DNA of 64,000 bases. It comes from Selaginella moellendorffii. Taxonomy: Eukaryota; Plantae; Lycopodiophyta. The stretch covers positions 571,379 to 635,378 of the forward strand of contig NW_003314324.1 in NCBI RefSeq assembly GCF_000143415.4, written 5' to 3'. Shown here piece after piece: positions 47,901 through 58,624 of the stretch. How positions within the stretch are numbered: the stretch's first letter is position 1; every line of letters starts with the position of its first letter. Both the position numbers and the translations under genes were made by a program. The notes under the pieces were generated by a model. It was not told the origin of the DNA, made no database searches, and saw only the letters and a program-made list of their open reading frames with translations.

Positions 47901-49437
47901 AACTTTGCTACAATCTGACGCTCATCGAGTCCTCGCAGCTCTTGCTTTGTATAGTTTTCTAAAGGACAAAGGTTTGATGCGCAGTTCAATTATCATCCTG
48001 CGATCCTTCCTAACTCGTTTCTCTTAACAGGCAGTGCGCAAGAGCTTGTAAAGTCCGCTGCTGCCGTATGCAAGCCGCTCAAATCAATGAGAAATGAGAG
48101 TTGGACCTCGTCAAAGCTGTACCAAACATTCATAACCAGCCCAAATGTGAAAGTGAGTCGTTCTCCTGTTCTCCTTTTGGAGTTAGCACTCGAAGTTACA
48201 GGCAGAAGAATGGAAACACGACGAGGTTATGCAAGCAGATACAAGTGGCAATGGTGAGGTGCGTGCACTCGCATGTGCAAAAGGATTTCTCTACAGTGGA
48301 CACTCTGACGGAACAATCAAGGTGGTCGAAACATGCGCTCCACACTGACACTGTCTTATGCCACTTTATCAGAGCTGGAAAGTTGCGGAAGAAAATCTGC
48401 TGTTGCTGAGAGAAGCCACAGAGCATACAAAATGCGTCACGAGCCTGGCGATTTTACCATCAAAGCACAGGCTTTACAGCGGTTCTCTGGACAAAACTAT
48501 CCGGGTATGCAAAACAGTAAGCGCGGGTTATGCCATGACTAACAGTCGCTACAAACAGGTTTGGTCCATTGAAGACGATGCCTTACACTGCCTCCATGTC
48601 TTCGAGCTCAATGGTGGTGTTCTAAGCCTGGTTGTGACTGGTTCTCTCGCGTGCATTATATTACAAGGCATCCCAGGCATTCAGGTAGGGAAAGGATCGA
48701 CTTACTCAGTCATCAACTTGTTAGTAACAGGTGCAATACGAAGAGAATGACGCAAGACATATTTCTTCGCACAAGAACATACAAAGTGTGGCCGCTTCCA
48801 AAGGCATGATTTACTGTGGATGCACAGACAACAGCGTACATGTAAGCGAAATCTGTTCTTAAGAAACGTCACTAAGATGGGTTGGCAGGAAACCGATCCA
48901 TCAGGAACTGCCATGATGTGCATCCAAGGCGGCGTGAGAACTTTGCTAGGAAAACGGCCAGTAAATGCATTGCAAGTTTTCAAAGGTCAGATCTATACAG
49001 CGGGATCATTCTGTGATGGAATGAATGTCAAGGTACGCGACTTGCTTCTGCTGTATCGATGCTGAATCAACGATGACAGGTGTGGAACCAAGCCGATAAG
49101 TCACTCGTAAGTGCACTGTCCATACAATCGGAAGTAAGATCGATGGCTATGAGCTCGGAGTTCCTCTATTTCGGCCTAAGCTCGGGAACGATCGAGGCAA
49201 GCAAATCTGACTATAAGAACTCGAATGCAAACCACCAGTCTGTTCTGCGCAGGTGTGGCTTCGAGCACGGCTTGCCAAAGTAGGAAGTCTGGCAGTAGGG
49301 AGCAAATTAAACGCGCTGGCAGTGGACGGGGACGTGCTCTACAGCGGATCTGGAGACGGGAAGATCAAGGTAACATCTTGAATCGATGCGAAGTGAAAAA
49401 CGAGACACGATGCTTGCAGGTTTGGACATGTTTGTGA
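44977..49437 (+). CDS. LIN: U-box/ARM/WD40 E3 ubiquitin ligase LIN/CERBERUS-like
   Basis: N-terminal YAEQAVLANLDWGIEAVEEAI..RLQHAEKMLQVCALL..PLMPIAEPPMTP, U-box PPKDFVCPITNQIFDDPVTLETGQTYERKAI, ARM region, WD40 repeats (LYSGHSDGTIK, LYSGSLDKTIR, LYSGSGDGKIK). Confidence 0.92.
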
Positions 49438-52400
49438 TCAGGCTCTTTGAAGGCTTGTATCGTCTAGAACGAAAGAACTAGAGCGGAAAATGGTAGGAAT
49501 ATTTGGACAATGGTGGCTTGGTAGCTCACCATAGTCTTGTAAAGAATGGACATCATAGCCAAAGTTGAGGCTGTAAAAAATCGTCCATTGTAGTGTGGTT
49601 TTGAAAATCTTCACAGATTGATGTCTGTGATTCGATGTCTATAAAATTTCACCGGAAAGAACGAAATAAAATTAGATTACTCTGGAATATAATTCACCAA
49701 GCACACAAAAACAAAGTACAGAATGAACAACATCCTTCAGTGAAAGGTAAACATGGGAAGAAGACTCCGTGGCATTGCCCGTGTAGCGCTAAAAATTTAC
49801 CACCTAAGATAATAAGTTCAATAGGTATAAACATAACTTACCAGCAGTAGAATTAGAATTTGTGGTGGCTACTCTACTGCAATCAACCACTAACCACAGC
49901 AGGCTAGCAATTAGTAAAATATACACGCTCCCCATTATATTTTGCAATGTTTTGCAATAATTGCCTAGCTTTAAATTTATCAACTATCAATCAATCAATC
50001 AACATTGTTATTAACACCTGTATTTAACTATTAATCAATCAATCAACATTGTCTCTATATTTAACTATCATCAATAATCTGTAAATACATGTATAAATAC
50101 GCTAAAGATAATAGTGTATCCGTCAGATTAATTTATATAAAAAAGTCTTTACCCTAATTAAAAATATTTATATCCTTATATTAGGCTTTGATTATTTTAT
50201 CTGTTCTTTAGATCTAAATCTACTCTTTTTGTCAAATTTAGCTTTCTTAGTTATTGTTTTAGTTTTCTTTTCAATTTTCATTACATTCACCATTGTCTGT
50301 TGCAAATGTCCATATTTCTCTTTTGTCATTGCTTTTGGATCTTCCAATCACAGGTAAGTTTTTCTTTGGCATGAAGCTTTTCTTCTGACTTTTGCTAGAG
50401 TTTTTTGTGTCGTGTAAACTTTGGAGTTGGAGAAGCTTTAGAGCATCAATCCTTTGTCGACGATGGGGGGACAGTTCTTCCATATGGACACAATAGCACG
50501 AAAATCATTATTAGATGAGGATAATAGAGTAGCATCTACAACCTTAAATAACACATTTCTCAATCAACAGCCCTCCACAGTCAGCTCACCAGCAAAGATT
50601 TTCATACGTTGCCAGATGATTACCAACTTCGATGGGCATAGTGTTTTTCTTAGTGTCTTGCTTTATCTTGTTGATATAGTGTGATTATTACATTAATTAG
50701 AGAGCTATAGATGATGTAGTGTAAGGATCAAACCTTTGGGAAGACAATATTTACAAACTTAAGTAAACTCTTGTTAAAAAGGATAACTATGAGGATAAGT
50801 TAGACATTTTGTAGTTTCAATTTACTATATAATCTTTTTTCTCTACCTTTTGTTCTTTCCTAGCTTTTTTCTTTAGTAGCTTTGAGTAGCTTCCTAACTT
50901 TGAGTAATTTCTTATTTCAAAGGTTAAATCATAATGTGAATATTTTTAGAAGTTTTTGTTTTACCATTACCATTGGAGAATTCTTCAATTCTCTTGAGAG
51001 TATAGGAGTTTTTCTCTTGAATATATTTTCTTTCTTTTTGTGTTTCCAAGTGCATATGATAGTGAAGTGAGGCTGAATATATATGATACATATACATATA
51101 CATATACATGATACATATACATGTTAAAGCAAGGATAAATGCAAAGAGTATAAATAGAATCAATGCTTTAAATTCTTTTTTCCTTTTAAGGTAGGGATAA
51201 AGAGGATATGAAAAATGAATATAAACAAACTTCAATGTATAATATTAGATAAGTTGTGAGTCTTGAGTTAACAATGATTTTGGAGTCTAAGACACTAAAA
51301 TATATTCCTACAAGGTTAATGGGATTATGAAAACAATAACAGGTAAACTTGATCTAAGCTTGAATAAAACTAAGTTATGTTTTGCTGCTTTGTTAAATAG
51401 GTCCACACATTGCCCAGGTTTGTTAACATAGTATCAGATTAAGAAAATGTGCTCAAACTTAGTGGAATTAGTGATGCAATTTACAATTTTACATGTTCCT
51501 CCTTTATACAAGATCTGTAACATGAACAAAAAGGTGGTATAATATTTAAAGTTATGAATTATGCTTACCAGTATCATATATTTGCATCAAAGTGTCAATA
51601 AACTCAAGATTAAACCCACTTGAAGTCCCTTATTAGTTTTAGAATTATAGCTTTAATTTAAGTTTAAGGTTGGTTTATAGTTCATCTAAATTCTATTTAG
51701 CTAATGCTTCTACCAGAATTTTAATTTTTTATTATGTCATAATTACCAATAACTACAATGTGGTGCTTTAGGAGTTTTAAGTTCTTGTGGCAATCCAGCA
51801 GATGTTCTAAATGTTCTGCCAGACCGTCTTCTGGAGAAGAGAATGGTGTAAAAGGTAGTGCTAATTAGCGTTTTACATAGTCACCCCTAATCACATTTTC
51901 TTTCACCAAAATTAATTAAGTTAGTAAACATTACTTATATTTGATTCTTGGTTTCTTGTTTACTAGCGGATTCTCATGCTGGCACTTGTCTCGAGCTCCC
52001 TCTCCTTTATCTAGTAGTCTCCTGCCCTAGGATTTGCTGCGCTACTTTAGCTTCCTTAATCATCACGATATTAATTGGACCTCTGGTTTCCTTCATCTCC
52101 CTTTGTCCTATTGATGGGCTTCCAACTTTTGTTTGATTGCAGTGGCCACTTGTCAATCTTTTCTATAGTCTAGCCTAAAAGGCAATTTATGAGGATTAAT
52201 GAAATAGACTTCACAACTTAGCATAGCAAGAAGAAGCTGCATATACATCCAGTGAATGTGGTCCCGTGGCAACGAGAGTAAAAGGAATTAGAAATTAGAG
52301 AGAGCACGAGATCAAACCGACCTGGAAACGAAAGAAAAATTAAACACTACGAACTCGCCGAAGGCTCAACCGTCAAGAGTTAACTGACACGTCACCATGT

Positions 52401-52604
52401 CGGCCGGCGCCAGCGTTACGCCCGTGAGCTCGATGGCAACCCCTGACTGGACCACGTCACGGTTTCGTGCTTCAAGGGTCGCCACGGTTGGCCCAGTGGA
52501 AACAAAATATGGCAAATAAAAAAAGAAAAAACTTTTTTTGGCTTCTCTAGGGTTAGGGTTTTCGGGAGAAAAATCCTGAGGGACAACTGCTTCGGCGAGG
52601 CGCC

Positions 52605-55228
52605 ATGTCGCACACTCCGGGAGCGGTCATCAATGATCCCAGCGTGCCGCCAGATTTATGGACGGAGCAAATGCTCCGCGCTTGGAAGGTACATTGCGAT
52701 TCTCTCGCCGATAGATCCATTCAATCCCAATCACTTCCTCGCAGCATGCCATCGATGCTGCCAAGCATTCCCCCAGGGACAAGAAATTCGTCAATCTGGA
52801 TGATCTCCTGGAAGTCACGGGTATGTCTCGTCTTTTTTTGCGTTTTTCGTTTTGGCGGGAACGCGATTTTAAATTTCCTGCGTTTTTCTTCGCAGATCAT
52901 ACTGTCAGGCTTTCAAGTCCCAGATCTCTCCAGGCATGTCTCCATCTTGGAATTGATCCCAGCGAGGTGGTGTACAGGTATGGCGAGAAATCCAGCTATT
53001 TCTTTTCTTTCTGCTAGCTTCTTCTTATCTTTGCCCTTTGGAAACTTTCAAGGCCAATGGACACTTTCGCCGAGAGGGGAATGCGCCGAGAGTTCCAGCA
53101 GATAAAATACGACCACCATGAAACTCAAAGAAGAGGTGAGGTACAGACCCCTCCAATCTCGCATATCAAGTAATGGTTTGTGAATCGCCTAGCGACCTGA
53201 ATGCAGAGAAGCTGCAAAGATTGAAAGAGGAAAGAGAACGCTTGATACGAAAGTCCGACGAGGACAAGTCGCGAGCTTCTGCTGCATCCGAGAAAAGGCG
53301 CAAGGGCGGAGGGGATAGAGACCTTATGGACAGGGTAAAAACTCCAAGTCTTGTTTGCTCGGGGAATCGACTTACGTGTAGCGATCACAGCCCAGTCGGC
53401 AGTACTCACTCTTTACTACTATCGCGATCGTCACTCGTTTTGTTTAAGGTTAATTGAACAAGCTCTGTCCTAGTACTTTGCAGGATAGAAAAAGAATTGA
53501 AGCACTCCGTCGAAGGCAGCAGCGAGAGATGGAGCAAATGGCCAAGTACGAAGCTCAAAGACAGGTCTGTGATTTCCAGTGATTTGTTGCATCTTACTGT
53601 TTCCGTAAACAGCAAATGGCCGATGAGAACCAAGCACGGGTTGAGGCGGAAAGGAGGACTGCGGAAAGAAAGGTATTTGAAAATCAAAAGCAGTAGCATC
53701 ACACGATAATTTTCGTAACTTTCTTCTGGACAGAAAGCTGAAAAGTTGAAAAAGGACAAGGAGTGGCAAGAGGAGCTACGGAAGAAAGAGCTTGAGAAGG
53801 TCAAGGAGGTATGAAAAACTCGATAGTTATCTCCTTACACACAGACATACTTATTCTTTCTTTGGCGCAGGAAGAAGCGTTGGAAAAGAGGAGCAGGCAG
53901 ATGGCTGCGGAGAGATATGCTCGTGAACAGCAGCAAATGCAGATAGAAGCTGAACGTCAGGTGCGTAGACTGCGTTTTCGATGCATGGGTTCCTAACGCT
54001 TGTTTAATCTCCAGAAACAACTACAACGTGAAGCAGTGCGGAAAGAGCAAGAGAGACAGCAAAAACAGGAGGAATTCCGACGGCAGCTTGAAAGGATACA
54101 GGAAGCTCAGCAGGAGGTCTGTACCATTTTTCTGCATGTAGTTGTGTGTAACTTTTGCTCTTTTGCAGGTATTGAGGAAGAGACAGGAGGACATGGTGAG
54201 GAAAGATCAGGAAAGGCAGCGGGTGATGGAGCAACAAAATAAGGAAAGGCAAGCAGCAAATGCAGAGGCTCGCCGGCTGGCCGAGGAACGCCACCAGCAA
54301 GTCGTCGAAAACTTCGCTCATCAACTTGCCAAGCGACAGTCGGACTATGAGCACAAGCAGGAAGTGAGTACTGCTACTGGGCTGGATCGTCAGATGGCTG
54401 AATTATTGCTCGATTTTACTGATAGCACCACTGCCGATGTTTGTGCTAACGTCTTTGCCACTTCCAGGAACTGAGGATAAAGCTCAAGATGCAAGAGGAG
54501 AGGCACAGGCAACTAGAGGCCGAGAAGAGGCGAAAGGAAGAAATGAAGGAACAGCAGCGACAGGAAGTTATCAGAGAAGCCCAGAACGAGCGTGAACGGA
54601 GAGTTCAGGTACGGGACATGTTTTTTACTTCTTTCACTCCGAAGAAACTTTTCTGTTTGCCCGCACAGGAACTCCTAGCCAAGGCTCATGAAGCTGATAT
54701 GATATTACAAAACTTCATCATGCAAAAGAAACTGGCCAATGCGCGTAGAGCCGTCGAGCATCAAATCGAGTTTGAGGACAAGACAACGAGAGTTGAAAAC
54801 ATCAAACGTGTCAAGGTCTCTCTTTTCTCTTCTTTTCAAATCCTTGGGCCCTTCTCTCAACACTGATGTTCTTGTTTGGATCCAAAAACAGGCTCTCCAG
54901 AGGATGCAAATCCTCCAGAAAATCGAGGCGGAGACCGATAGAGTGCGACGGCTGCTAGAGTCGAGACAGCATGCTCAGGAACGCCACAGAGCAGCAAATG
55001 TTAATCTTTCAATCCACCGCCAGTCCATGAACCAGCAGCTCGAGCGGCTTTCGGTAAAATCCATCGTCCAAAGCTCTCCTTTTCTCGTTTAGACAGAACC
55101 ACGCAAGCGCTAACGATGTTTACGTTTCGTCCCAGGTGAGCAAGAAGTGGAGGGAGTCCTTGAGCGAGGAGGGCCGAGCCGAGCTCGAGAAAGTGGGGAA
55201 AAGTGGCCTCCCGTCCATAGGTGAGTGA
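52605..55228 (+). CDS. Uncharacterised multi-exon E/Q/R/K-rich coiled-coil protein
   Basis: Many short exons with canonical splice sites; N-terminal VRLSSPRSLQACLHLGIDPSEVVY..YDHHE motif, then long charged helices. 3' end uncertain. Confidence 0.75.
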
Positions 55229-55511
55229 TAAGCAGCGTTATTTTCTTCTCGGAAGCTTGAAACTTTGGAGGGAGAGAGGCCTTCGATCGAATTGGTGGGA
55301 TGGGATTTTTAAGCGCAGCATAGATTCACGCGATGGCAAGCGACGAACAAAACTAACGGGCAAGAACACTGAAAAAAAAAATTGTACATTTACGTCATAG
55401 AACTACTGCGAGTTTTGTCAAGGGGAAGTCCCTCTACCATACAATGGCTTCTATTCAAAATCAAGCATATGCGTATATTACCTGGGGCATAATCTTGCCG
55501 TACGTGAACTG

Positions 55512-56300
55512 TCAGTTCGCCTCGATCATGGTCGCGAAGTAGGATCTGGGCGATGGGCGCTCCAGCATCATGTTTTTAAATTCCAGGAAATCGACCAGCC
55601 CATCGCCGTTGGAATCCACCCCCCGGATCATGTTCTTGCAAGCGGCAATGCTGCGCGCGCCCTGGATGAATCCCAGGCGGGAGAGCACGCGGTGGAGTTC
55701 CTCGGCGGTGATGAATCCATCGCCATTCTGGTCGAACACCCGGAACGCATCCCTCAGATTCTCCTCCTCGTCCTCCTCGCCGCGGGGATTCGCCAGAGAG
55801 GAAAAGGAAGAAGAAGAAGAAGAGTCGGAGGATTCCGCGCCATCGCCACCGTCGCCACCGCCGCCGCCGACGCCTCCACCGCCGTCGATGCGCCCGCCTT
55901 CCACGCTCGTAATGTACAGGGCCTGGAACTCCTCGAAATCCACGCATCCATCGCCGTTGAGATCGACGGTGAGCATGAGGAGCTCCAGGTCGGAATCGCT
56001 CATCCCGTGGCCCAGCTTCGCCATGAGCTTGCCCACCTCTTCCTTGCTGATGAGCCCATCGCCATTCTCGTCAATCGCCTGGAAGACGCGCAAGAACTCG
56101 TCGCGCAGGCACTCCTCCTCGGACTGCTCGCTCGATCCCCGCGGGCTGAGAACCGGCGATTGGGAGGCGCTGGAGCTGCCGCTGGGCGACACGATCGACT
56201 GGAAGTGCCAGTTGAAATCGATCAGTGGGAGCAGCATGGGATTCTCGTCGGGCGCTGGGATCTGGAGCTCGAGAGTGGGCTTCCTCGATCGCGATGCCAT
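55512..56300 (-). CDS. Calmodulin-like protein (CML), four EF-hands
   Basis: EF loops DENGDGLISKEE, DLNGDGCVDFEE, DQNGDGFITAEE, DSNGDGLVDFLE; intronless. Confidence 0.95.
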   Translation of the reverse strand: MASRSRKPTLELQIPAPDENPMLLPLIDFNWHFQSIVSPSGSSSASQSPVLSPRGSSEQSEEECLRDEFLRVFQAIDENGDGLISKEEVGKLMAKLGHGMSDSDLELLMLTVDLNGDGCVDFEEFQALYITSVEGGRIDGGGGVGGGGGDGGDGAESSDSSSSSSFSSLANPRGEEDEEENLRDAFRVFDQNGDGFITAEELHRVLSRLGFIQGARSIAACKNMIRGVDSNGDGLVDFLEFKNMMLERPSPRSYFATMIEAN

Positions 56301-57159
56301 TTGCGATGAGTTCTAGAGGTGGGATTGCTCGCTCTAGAGGGCTCCAGATCGATAATCTAATAGAGGGAAGAGAGGAAGAGAGGAGAATATTTACGCACAA
56401 GAGCCACTCTTGTATATAAATGCCAACGGTTATTTAAGAAACCCTGATTAGGTTTTCACGTAAAATTATAAAAGGAGAGGTGGAGTTGGACAAACGAAGA
56501 AAGGTGGCGGAAATTTCAGGCGGTCCCATTATATCATGGCAGACGTGGCAGCAAAAAATCAATGCGTGGCATTTGCTAGCATGTCATAGTGATGCAGATT
56601 GCCCGCATTTTTTTGCTTGTAAGTCGTTTTGGACACATACTCCAAATAAAATGGGAATTTATATTAAGATTTCAATTAAACACATAATAGATGAGCTCTC
56701 CATTCCAGCCCAACACCAATGTGCACGTCTGCCAGGAATAGACAAAGTATACGACCTTACGGTTGGGTACGATTACAAAAGACAAGGGTATAAGTACGAA
56801 AAAGTAAATTTTTTCCCTTGCCAGACCGTACCTAACGGGCATTCATTACGAAATACCCTGGAAGAGTCTTGGGAGAATGACAAGTTGGCTACCCCAAACC
56901 CAGAGGTTGTGATCATCCAAAGGAGCTGTCCTCTTGATTAGCTTGAATTTTCTCGTGGAGTCTCTTGGGATTTCGAAAAGCCGTGGAGTGTCTAGGGTCA
57001 GCCGTCCCTATTCCGCTGACAACCGTTTACCTGTATTTTAGTTCGCAGACAAACGCTGCTACCCTGCCAAAGTTTTCCGGATCTATCCTCCACGAAATTG
57101 TGACCAATCTCAAGTTCTTACTACGTTTTAAAGAAAGTCACGTAAGGGCCAGAGCTAGA

Positions 57160-57960
57160 AACCTGTTGACCATCGATGACTGTTTAGCAAGCCTTGAACA
57201 GGATCACCGCTAGCATTACAAGCCCCGAGAAGGATCGTCCACGCAAAACTATCAGCCTTGTAAGGCATACTCTCAACAAGCTCCGCTGCTAGGGATCCAG
57301 AGTGACTATAGGTGCCAAGAACAATGCTAAAAGTCACCTGATCCGGATCAAATCCCTCCAGGATCATACAAGGCAGCAACATGGTCTCATGTCCAAGTTA
57401 CCATGTCATGTATGTTCCGTTCCTTCGCAACGGCGTGACCCTTGTTCTGCCCGTACACCTGGATCAAGTAAGTCCAAGCTACCACGTCGCGATTTGGCAT
57501 GGGGTCAAACACCCACTTTGCCTCGTCATAGTAACCATTCTGCGCATATACCTGTACCATGGTAGTCCAAGCGACCCTGTCTCGCCTTGTCATTCTGTGG
57601 AAGAGTCTAATATGCTTGGATCATAATGGTCATTTGCCCAGTTTTCTGGGCATATGCTGCTATCATGACATTCCACGTCAAGGTTTTCCACCCGCGCCAC
57701 GTCAAACGAGTGTCGTGATTTCTCTATAATGCCGTTTTGTGCATAGCTAGTAGTCGACGTTACAAAGCTACTTTGTGGTATGTTTTTGAAAAGAAGTTCA
57801 TCGTCTTCAATATGCCCTGATTGGGCATATGCAGTTATTATACCCTTTCAAACACTAGCCTGGCTATCTCTAAGCAAACATTCTCTGAATACGCTTTCAC
57901 CATAGTTGTCCCCGCTGGACCATTCCAAAGATACGCTTCATATCCGAAAGATGCCCATTC
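57160..57960 (-). pseudogene. Fragmented PLS-class PPR pseudogene
   Basis: PPR pieces in shifting frames (TTMVKAYSEN, RDRVAWTTMVQVYAQNG, EGFDPDQVTFSIVLGTYSHSG, MPYKADSFAWTILLGAC) with deletions. Confidence 0.85.
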
Positions 57961-58080
57961 AGCCAAGGGCAGCCAACTCCGCGTAAGAGACGAGGGCTTG
58001 ATCTTAAAGTGAGAACTATCGCTCACTGTCTCCACTCCAAGAAACTTGGGAAAAAGATGAAACAATTAACAGAACGATTG

Positions 58081-58162
58081 CGTCGCCTGAGAGATTCGAA
58101 CTCTCGCGGGGAAACCCCATGTACTTAGCAGGCACACGCCTTAACCACTCGGCCAAAGCGAC
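58081..58162 (-). tRNA. tRNA-Ser(GCT)
   Basis: Reverse complement GTCGCTTTGGCCGAGTGGTTAAGGCG-TGTGC-CTGCTAA-GTACA-long variable arm-GAGAGTTCGAATCTCTC-AGGCGACG. Confidence 0.97.
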
Positions 58163-58624
58163 ACTACGTTGTTCAAATTGTCAACATATAATTTTTTCTT
58201 GGCCATACCTTGTGAGTTGTAAATTAATGCAAGGAAGAACCATTGAACTTGGAACTAAAAGATAACCTCCAGGCCACCAATTGTTTCTGACGTTGCCAGC
58301 AATCGAACACAAAGGCCAAGAAATGGCGACTGCAATGACAGAAAAAGTTATGAGTACCTCAAGAATGGTAAGAACAAAAGAGTGAGATTCCAACTCCCGC
58401 GCGTTCCATTGGTAATGTGAGAAGAAACAGCACACCATAGAAACCCCATAAAAACTACTAACCATTTTCCAAGGTGCACAGCCATCGACGAACAAAGTCC
58501 AAAACAATGGCTGACACCGACAGCAATTAAGAACTCGTATCCCTGTAGATAAGATCAGTACAAAGAAGTACCTACGAAACAACAAGCGACTTTACCTCGT
58601 CACTGATCCGTGGTTTTAGTCGCA

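Noticed and set aside
50250-52150. Exon-like fragments in the AT-rich island
   Set aside because: Stop-ridden and not assignable by eye; probably TE or pseudogene debris.
55570-56316. Long antisense ORFs over the CML (likewise over PPR, LRR, bHLH and HK genes)
   Set aside because: Expected shadow ORFs of GC-rich coding sequence.
56480-57213. 153-aa and 82-aa ORFs between CML and the PPR pseudogene
   Set aside because: Non-ATG starts, no recognisable motif, overlapping the CML promoter region.
58181-58585. 134-aa hydrophobic ORF upstream of tRNA-Ser(GCT)
   Set aside because: TTG start, no recognisable family, lies in the LRR gene promoter; could be a decayed fragment but unsupported.
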